Shown here in pieces: positions 56,374-64,000 of a DNA stretch of 64,000 nucleotides (positions are counted from its first letter, which is position 1; every line of letters starts with the position of its first letter). The stretch spans positions 832,001 through 896,000 of the forward strand of contig OZ219791.1 of the NCBI GenBank assembly GCA_964291215.2, in the 5' to 3' direction. The DNA comes from Alphaproteobacteria bacterium. Lineage in GTDB: Bacteria; Pseudomonadota; Alphaproteobacteria; MPNO01; UBA830. The position numbers and the translations under genes were made by a program. The notes under the pieces are model-generated. The model was not told the origin of the DNA, ran no database searches, and saw nothing but the letters and a program-made list of their open reading frames with translations.

Positions 56374-57762
56374 CAGGGCATCTTTCGGATCGTGCCGGTC
56401 ACCTGCGTGGCGAGCGGCGCGGATATTCCGCGGCTGCGACGCCGGGAGGCTTGCGTCAACCACGGCGATCCCACGCTAGGTTTGTTGGAAGGGTCGGTTT
56501 TGCTTGTTCAGGATGATTCGCATTTTCGCTGGCTTTTTGTGAAGCGACGTAGTATCCGTTGTCGTGGGGGCAGCGGATTTTTTTGAGACGACTCCGGAGG
56601 GTTTTGCGCTCCGGGATGTGGTTGTGCGCCTTGCGCGGCCTGATGTCGCTGGAACCGTGTTGTTGACCGTATCTTGGTTTCAAGCAGTTTGCCGGTCGAG
56701 GTCTGCGCTACGTGTTCACCTGGCGCGGGCGGTGGATTGGTGCTGCGGGCTGGCAGACGGGCGCCCTCAGCTGCGCACCCGTTGGCTGGCGCCGGCGAGG
56801 AACAGTTCAGGCGGTTGCCGGGAACAACACGAGGTTTGTTGTTCCTGGTGGTCGTTTCCGGGCCTTGCCTCGTTTGCGTTGTCGCGGATGGTGCGGCGGC
56901 GACTGGGAGGCTGCCGTTGCTTGTTGCGGAGTCGTTTGTCTTGCCGACGAAGTTCAGCGGCACCATGTACAAGGCGGCGAACTGGGAGTGCGTTGGCAGG
57001 AGCTATGCGCGCGCCAGCGGGCGCTATACCGACCGGGGAGGCGAAGGATCTTTACGTGTTTCCGCTGCGTCGTGACGTCGGCTGCGGGATCGTTCGCCGC
57101 TTCCTGTGGCGTGGGAGTTGCGGGCGCCGCTGGTCGGCGCAGGAGTTGCGCTCGATTTATCAGCGGCGCTTTCCGGCGTGCGCAGGGGCACCGCATCGCC
57201 TCGGTGCTGTGCGTGATTTTGCTGGCTTGCGAACCGGCACGGTGCGGTTGCGGCGGCGCACTACGACGCAGAAGGAGCTGGAGCAGCATGGAAGAACAGG
57301 GACAAGCCGGTCTCCACCGTGCACCGGGTGCTACCGACCCGGGATGGATCGAGGATGCGGCGCGCAGCCGCAGGTCGGCAACGCGGTCGATGGCAAGCGC
57401 ACCGGCGAGGATCATTACGAGACGGTCTCGCTGGCCGGTTTCGATCCTCAACTATCACGACGGGGAGATCGCTGCCGTCCACGCCGCGACGGCACCGGTT
57501 GCTGGCCGTCTGCTCACCCTCGACGCGCTCCACACCACCCGCGAGGCTGATCATCGAGACCCATCGCGCGGACTGATGGTCAAGGGCAATGCACCTTCGA
57601 GAGAGCATCAACTGGAAGACCGCCAGCGCTACAACGAAAAGCCCGCGCATGGCCGCCAGCGCACCATCTTCACCCCGCTGGCGAAGATGATCAACTAGTC
57701 AAGCAGATCTTCCGCGTCACCCGGCGCGTCGAATTCAAGAAATCCAGAAAACCGAATACGCC

Positions 57763-59208
57763 ATATGACTAGGTTTTGTCCCCTTGATGATGAAATCATC
57801 CACAGCAGTTGGGGGCGGGAAAATGTGGATCTGTGGGAGAGCTATGGTTGCAGAGAGATTCCGCTCCCTTGAGCGAACACGCACAGGGGAGCGGGGTGCG
57901 GGGATTAAACGATCTCCGCGGAGGTTGCCGTTTTGACCTTGACAGAGCCGCGATCGAGTTTGGTCGGCCAACCTCCCTTGACGTCCCTCGCTGGATGCTT
58001 GGGTTTGAACCCGTATCATCACAAGGCGAGGAGCAAGGGACGATGGTCAAGGTAGTAGCAGGGGTCAGCAAGGCCAGTCTGGACATCTGTGCGACGGGCA
58101 TTGTTTTGCGAACGATGCCACGAGCTGGCGGGCAGGTGGCTTCGCGGCCTCGGGGTGAGCCGGGTGGTAATGGAGGCGACAGGCCGCTATCACCGCAAGG
58201 TTCACCAGTGTCTTCATGACCGGGGCTTCGAGGTTATTCTCGTCAACCCGTTGCGGGCGCTTCGCCGAGGCGATGGGCCATCTGGCCAAAACCGACCGCG
58301 TCGACGCGTTGATGTTGGCCAAGATCGGCTGGGCGATCTCGAGCCTGTGGCTCCGCCTTCCTCAAGAGCTTGGAGGATCTCTTGGTGCCGCGCTTGTCGA
58401 CGCCAAGCAGGTGGCAGATGAGGTAGATGGCGAAGGCGAGACCGTCACAAGGGCCTCAGCGGCCGATCTCGATGATCGCATTGCCGGCGCGGCGATCAAA
58501 GCGGTGATCGCCGGTGATCCCGAGCAGAGGTACGCCATCCTGACCTCGATCCCCGGTCCGGTGACCGCCGCGGCCCTTCTTTGCTGGATGCCCGAACTCG
58601 GCAGCGTCGGCAGCCTTGATCGGGGTGGCGCCGATGGCCAACGACCACGGTGCTCGGCACATTCGTGGCGGGCGCCGAAGGCCACGTGATTTCCTGTTCA
58701 TGGCCGCAACCGGCCCGCTTCAACGCGGACCTGGTGCGCCTCAAGACTGCCGGCAAGGCCCACAAGGTCGCGATTGTCGCCGTGATGCGCAAGCTCTGGC
58801 GAACACCCTGCTGCGACAGCAGCGTTGCTGGGCGCCTGAAGCACCGGCACGGTAAGTGAGCGAAGGGGACACCCTCATGGCCCTCACCCCTGCCGAGAGC
58901 GCGATCGGGACTGTATCGACAGTCTCCCTCTACGACACGACTTGGGGAGAATGTCTGCAGATCATCGTCGAGGCCGACATCAAGGAGACCGAACCGCCTT
59001 GGGACACCTGGAACCCAGACGGTCACGTTACCATGCCCGGGGACGGCAAGGTAGCCGCGTTCACGTGACCAATGGACGGCAACCCGCCGCCGAGACCACA
59101 AGCTTCATGTCGCCTCGCTCGCAGGGCAAATCCCACACCGCTTGTGGACAACCACAGAAAACATCACCGCAGACACCCGCAAAAACCTTGCCAAGAAACA
59201 TGGATGCT
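57763..59208 (+). mobile_element. IS110 element copy 4 (left junction eroded by a small deletion)
   Basis: Homologous to copies 1-3; retains AKTDRVD; right end ATGGATGCT. Confidence 0.88.
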
Positions 59209-59387
59209 CGGTCAAGCGCGCCTCGCCGCAACAGCTGCTCGCATGGAATCGCGGACACCGGGTAGTCGAGAGCCATCATCATGTCCGCGACGCCACCTTC
59301 CGCGAAGACGACCCCATGCTCCGAACGCGCCCGCAAACAACGCGATCACCCTCGCAATCATCATCCGCAACAAACGCAAGCTGCCCA

Positions 59388-60880
59388 GTAACTGCTCACC
59401 CCCTGGTTCCGGCTTGATGTCGGGGTAGAGCAACGAACGGGTTTTCGTGGAGATTTGACACTGCAGGCCGTTTCGTTTAGTGGTGGTCATCGAGAACGAC
59501 GGGGACCGCCAGTGGGCTACTTTGGATCGAAGGCGACGAGCGGGCTGTGCCAGCTGCTTCCGGGGTTCCAGCCTCCGCATGATCTGTATGTGAAAACGCA
59601 TCTCGGAGGCGGCGCGCTGATGAAGCGCAAGGCCGGGTGATGGCGACGGGCGGCGCGCGAGGAGTTCGAAGCGGCCAAGATCGCGGCGCTGCCGGCAAGG
59701 TGGCGGAAGAGGCCGTGATCCGCGTCTTCGTCATCCTGCTCGACATCCTCATCGTCGTCCTTCTGGAGAAGACCACGCACGAGCCGGAACTCCGGTCTGC
59801 CGCCGTCACAGACGGACAAGAGCGTGCCGGAAGCAACGGCAAGGGCCCGAAGCCGAACCGGCAGATGGGCGACAACCTGCGCAAGATCATCGTCGAGGAG
59901 ACGGTCGCGGCCTGCGACGCCTGCGGCGCTGACATCGACGGCCCCGTCGATCGGGAGCGCCGCACGACATCGTGTTCGAGGTCGTCGAGCGCCGCGCCGA
60001 GATCAAGGAATGCCCGAATTGCAAGGCCCGGGGCCGGTTCCCCGACAACATCCCGTGCAGTACGGCATCGGCATTCAGGCCCTCGTCCCTGCTGGTCGCC
60101 CAGATGCTGTCCCTGCGCCGTGCCGCTCGTGCAGGCGATCTCCGGCATCAAGCTCTCCGAGGCCTCGGCTATGCTTTCACGATGCGTCATGGGAGGAGGC
60201 CGCCGTGGCGCACCTCCTGCAACGCCCGATGTCGACGATTTCGGATCAACGGCAAGTGGCTTCATGTCGTGGGACCCTGACGTGCAAGTTCCCGCACCGC
60301 AAGCGCGGGCAAGAGATCGGCCCGTGCTACAAGGGCGTCCTGGGCCTCGTACATGGCAGTGTAGCCACCAGCTGTGCGGCAGCCACCTGCTGCGCGAACT
60401 GACCTTCGTCGTCGAGGCTACCGCACGACTGATGAAGAGCCTGCTCCGCGAGGTCTGCCACAAGGTCAACAAGAGCGCATCCAAGACCCTGAACGACGCC
60501 GGGCGCAAGCGCTACCGCACCATCAGGGCCCAGGGAACTGCCCGACATCCCGACGAAAGGAAAACGTGGACGCAAGTCCGACGCGCACAACCTGCACGAA
60601 CGTCTCGTGAAACACGAAAACCTGCGCTTCACAGACGACCCCGATGTCAGCTTCACCAACAATGCCGGAGAACAGAAGATCAGGATGGCAAAGGTCAAGG
60701 TGTCCGGATGCTTCCGCTCCACGCAAAAGCATGGTGCCGGGGCTCAAGCTACCTCACCTCCATGGCCGCACTCGGCTACAATCATCACGTCGCAACCCAG
60801 ATCGCCCTCGACGGAAAAGCCGCAGACATCATCAACGAGCACTACGACCAATCAGAACCCAACTAGGGGTGAGTAGATAC
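59388..60880 (+). mobile_element. IS66-family MTase-derivative element
   Basis: Both TIRs; 8-bp TSD GCTGCCCA. Confidence 0.93.
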
Positions 60881-61210
60881 GCTGCCCAAACCCTTCAACA
60901 GCTTCGTCGACGCCACTATGCCGACAAGCGCAAGCAGGTCCTGCACGCAATCACAAGACCAGGCTGACCGCGCCTCTCTCCCCGACAGAAACTGCAAGCT
61001 TTCGAGCCCGGCAACCAAGGCCTCTCGCTCGCCCCGGATACGCCGACCAATCGCGCCCCGCGCCGTAACAGCGCGTCAGCAAATCTCAAAATCGCAGCCT
61101 CGAACGCGTCGACCCGCGCCGCGATCAAGACTCCGATCACATCACATCAACAAGCATGGGATCACCTTGGCGTCAACGCCCGAGCCTTGCCGCTGGCGGC
61201 GAACTCGGTT

Positions 61211-63094
61211 ATGAAACATCGCGCCACCGCTTCTGGCGAGAGCGGCGGTCCGGTCGCCCGCTGTCCCGGGCGGCGCACATGTCGGGGCATCGGTTTGTCG
61301 AAGCGGGCTTCTGCTGGACGGAAACGGGCTTGGGTGGCGCCGTGCCTCCTCGCCGCGCTGTTCCTGGCATCGCCGGGTGCTGCGGGCGCGTCGGGTCCGA
61401 ACCCGGCCGCGCCGGCGGCCGCGGCTGTGGATATCCCGCCGATCCTCTCGGCGGCCGACCGCGACCGCTACAGCCGCATCTTCTCTCTCCAGGAGACCGG
61501 CAAGTGGCGCGCCGCCGACCAGCTGATCCGCAAGCTCGAAAGCCGGATCCTGCTCGGCCATGTGCTCGCCCAGCGCTATTTGCATCCGACCCGCTACAGG
61601 TCGAAATACGCCGAGTTGGTTGCCTGGCTCAAATCCTATGCCGACCTGCCCGATGCGAGGCGCATTTACAAGCTGGCATGGCGTCGGAAGCCACCGCGCA
61701 CGCAGGCGCCGAGGAAGCCGCCCGCGCGGATCGCCAAGGCTGCAGACCTGCCCAACATCATCGAATATTCGGGCTACCGCCCGGTGCGCCGCACGGAAAG
61801 AAGGATCATCTGGAAGGTCCGAGGGATGGTCAACCGGCGCCATCTGTCGGCGGCGGCACGGTACATCTCGGACCCTGAAACGCGCCGCCGCTTAGGGAGG
61901 TCCGGCTACTTCTTGGCCCGCACCATGATCGCGTCCGGCTGGTTCTTCTACGGCGATGCCCCACGCGCCCTGAAAATGGCCGGGGATGTCGCCAGGAAGA
62001 CCGGCGATCTGCTACCCTACAGCCACTGGATCGTCGGCCTCTCGGCCTTCAGGCTCGACCGGCATGACGAGGCGATCACGCATTTCTCCGCGATCGCGCG
62101 GTCGCCCGGGCTGAGCGGCTGGGACCGCGCCGCCGGAGCCTTCTGGGCTGCCCGCGCTGCCCTGAAAAGCGGCAGGCCGGCGGAGGTCCGGCCATTCCTT
62201 CGCATCGCGTCGGCGGAGCCGCGCACCTTCTACGGAATCCTTGCCCGGCGCTGGCTTGGAGACGCCTTTCCCCTGAGCTGGGACTGTCCGCCCCTGACCG
62301 AGGCGCGCCTCGCGAGGGTCGTCGCCCTTCCGGCGGGACGCCGCGCACTGGCGCTGACCGAGGTTGGCCGCCACGACCGGGCCGACCGCGAACTCCGCAT
62401 GGCGGTGCCTGGCGACGATCCCGATCTTGCGGAGGCGCTCATTGCGGTGGCGGAACGCAAGTCCCTGGCGGCCGCCACCTTCCGGGCCGGCGTTGCGCTC
62501 TATGAGATTCCCGACCGGTTGCGCGTCGCCGCGCTCTATCCGCTGCCGCTGTGGAAGCCGCGTCGCGGCTTTCTCGTCGACCGGGCGCTGATCTACGCCT
62601 TCATGCGCCAGGAATCCGCGTTCAACACGCGCGCCCGCAGCCATGCAGGCGCGCGCGGCCTCATGCAGCTGATGCCGGCGACGGCGGGCTTCATCTCGGG
62701 CAAGCGGTTCCGCGGGGCGCGCACGAACCTGCTCTACGATCCGGAGACCAATGTCACTCTGGGCCAAGACTACATCCTGCATCTCCTCGACGACGACAAT
62801 GTCGGGCGCGATGTCCTCCTGCTCGCCGCCGCCTATAACGGCGGCCCCGGCAACCTCAAGAAATGGCAGCGGGTCGCCCGGCGCGCCCGGGTCGACGATC
62901 CGCTGATGTTCGTCGAGAGCCTGCCGGCCCGCGAGACCCGGATCTTCGTGGAACGCGTTCTCTCGAACCTCTGGATGTACCGCGAGCGGCTCGGCGAACC
63001 GGCGCCGACGCTCGACGCGCTCGCCGCCGGGAGGAGCCCCCTCCTTGCCGCTTCCGGCGGCTGGAAGGAAGCGGCCAGAAATGCCCGGGATTGA
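61211..63094 (+). CDS. Soluble lytic transglycosylase (SLT domain); start uncertain
   Basis: [35 protein letters not shown]. Confidence 0.92.
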   Translation: MKHRATASGESGGPVARCPGRRTCRGIGLSKRASAGRKRAWVAPCLLAALFLASPGAAGASGPNPAAPAAAAVDIPPILSAADRDRYSRIFSLQETGKWRAADQLIRKLESRILLGHVLAQRYLHPTRYRSKYAELVAWLKSYADLPDARRIYKLAWRRKPPRTQAPRKPPARIAKAADLPNIIEYSGYRPVRRTERRIIWKVRGMVNRRHLSAAARYISDPETRRRLGRSGYFLARTMIASGWFFYGDAPRALKMAGDVARKTGDLLPYSHWIVGLSAFRLDRHDEAITHFSAIARSPGLSGWDRAAGAFWAARAALKSGRPAEVRPFLRIASAEPRTFYGILARRWLGDAFPLSWDCPPLTEARLARVVALPAGRRALALTEVGRHDRADRELRMAVPGDDPDLAEALIAVAERKSLAAATFRAGVALYEIPDRLRVAALYPLPLWKPRRGFLVDRALIYAFMRQESAFNTRARSHAGARGLMQLMPATAGFISGKRFRGARTNLLYDPETNVTLGQDYILHLLDDDNVGRDVLLLAAAYNGGPGNLKKWQRVARRARVDDPLMFVESLPARETRIFVERVLSNLWMYRERLGEPAPTLDALAAGRSPLLAASGGWKEAARNARD

Positions 63095-63623
63095 TCCCAA
63101 CACACCATTCACCGCGATCAACATCGCGGTCCTGACGGTCTCTGACACCCGGACCCGCGAGGACGACCGGTCCGGCGACTTGCTCGCAGGGCGCATTGCC
63201 GAGGCCGGCCATGTCGTCCTCGACAGGGCTATCGTGCGGGACGACCGCGCCGCCATCGCCGCCAGGCTTCGGGAATGGATCGCCGATCCGCGCGTTGACG
63301 CCGTGGTCTCGACCGGAGGCACCGGCGTGACCGGCCGCGACGTCACGCCCGAAGCGTTTCACGACGTCTATGACAAGGAAATACCCGGATTCGGCGAGCT
63401 GTTTCGGATGCTGTCCCACGACACGATCGGCACATCCACGATCCAGTCGCGGGCAACCGCGGGGGTTGCCGGCGACACCTATCTGTTCGCGCTGCCGGGC
63501 TCTCCCGGCGCTTGTCGCGACGCCTGGGACGGAATTCTCGTCCACCAGCTCGATATCCGCTTCAGGCCGTGCAATTTCGTGGAACTGATGCCGCGGCTCA
63601 GCGAGAGCGATCCGGCCGGCTGA
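63081..63623 (+). CDS. moaB: Molybdenum cofactor biosynthesis protein B
   Basis: [41 protein letters not shown]. Confidence 0.95.
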   Translation: MPGIDPNTPFTAINIAVLTVSDTRTREDDRSGDLLAGRIAEAGHVVLDRAIVRDDRAAIAARLREWIADPRVDAVVSTGGTGVTGRDVTPEAFHDVYDKEIPGFGELFRMLSHDTIGTSTIQSRATAGVAGDTYLFALPGSPGACRDAWDGILVHQLDIRFRPCNFVELMPRLSESDPAG

Positions 63624-64000
63624 GGTTGCCGCCAGCGACATCCGCCTGCCAGCGCCGGAACGCGGCGCCGTCGTCGATGTCGTCGAGTTCGCCGATCAGT
63701 GTCGTCCGGACGCCGGAGCGAATATTCGCCGTCGTGTCGGCCAGTGCATGGGGCCCGGACCAGCGGACGCCCTCGAACAGCCTGCCGACGCGCGCGCCGT
63801 GCACTGCGCCGACAAGCCAGTAGCCTCCGTCGCCTGACGGCCCGAAGACGAGATCGTTGCGTTTCAGCGCTTCGAAGGCGCAGGCGACGTGCCGCCGGCC
63901 GATGTCCGGAATGTCGCTGCCCACAAGGACGACCGGTTCCATTCCGAAACCGGCCATGCATCGGGCCATGCGTTCGCCGAGGTCGCCCGTACCCTGGGGG
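63598..64000 (-). CDS. DUF2064 / TIGR04282-like nucleotidyltransferase-fold protein, 5' part outside window
   Basis: [36 protein letters not shown]. Confidence 0.85.
   Translation of the reverse strand, partial: PQGTGDLGERMARCMAGFGMEPVVLVGSDIPDIGRRHVACAFEALKRNDLVFGPSGDGGYWLVGAVHGARVGRLFEGVRWSGPHALADTTANIRSGVRTTLIGELDDIDDGAAFRRWQADVAGGNLSRPDRSR

Larger units (their letters stand above)
56461..61169 (+). mobile_element. ISAs1-family DUF4338 element copy C, containing IS110 and IS66
   Basis: 16-bp TIRs; 8-bp TSD GCGTCAAC (56453-60, 61170-77). Confidence 0.93.

Noticed and set aside
59637-60866. 409-aa ORF as an intact gene
   Set aside because: Mosaic of in-frame and out-of-frame IS66 transposase segments produced by deletions.

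Overview
GC-rich alphaproteobacterial chromosome segment (Rhodospirillales-like gene order; taxonomy is inference). Intact housekeeping blocks (acnA, mdh-sucCDAB-lpdA; aspartate-dehydrogenase-like gene plus ABC transporter; apt; UbiD-family decarboxylase; MFS; tusA; tRNA-Gln-ispE-TPR; ETF-QO; UDG; lytic transglycosylase; moaB) alternate with dense, nested clusters of decayed mobile elements (IS66, IS110, ISAs1, IS4, IS630, IS30, IS256, ISAzo13, ISKra4-like, a group II intron, a MITE). Main findings: (1) an IS110 bridge-recombinase element in 4 copies, with readable target and donor guides. The target guide differs between two variants and matches each variant's own insertion site, and both sites lie inside other transposons. 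The element also has a coupled accessory ORF, a circle-junction promoter and DnaA-box-like motifs. (2) An IS66-family element carries a DPPY adenine methyltransferase gene coupled to its transposase; one copy of this MTase is the only clearly full-length mobile-element ORF here. (3) ISAs1 and IS4 transposases carry an N-terminal DUF4338 (DruA/Mom-like) domain. (4) Mobile DNA, but not host genes, is riddled with short deletions, often at microhomologies, yet many decayed copies keep perfect target-site duplications.
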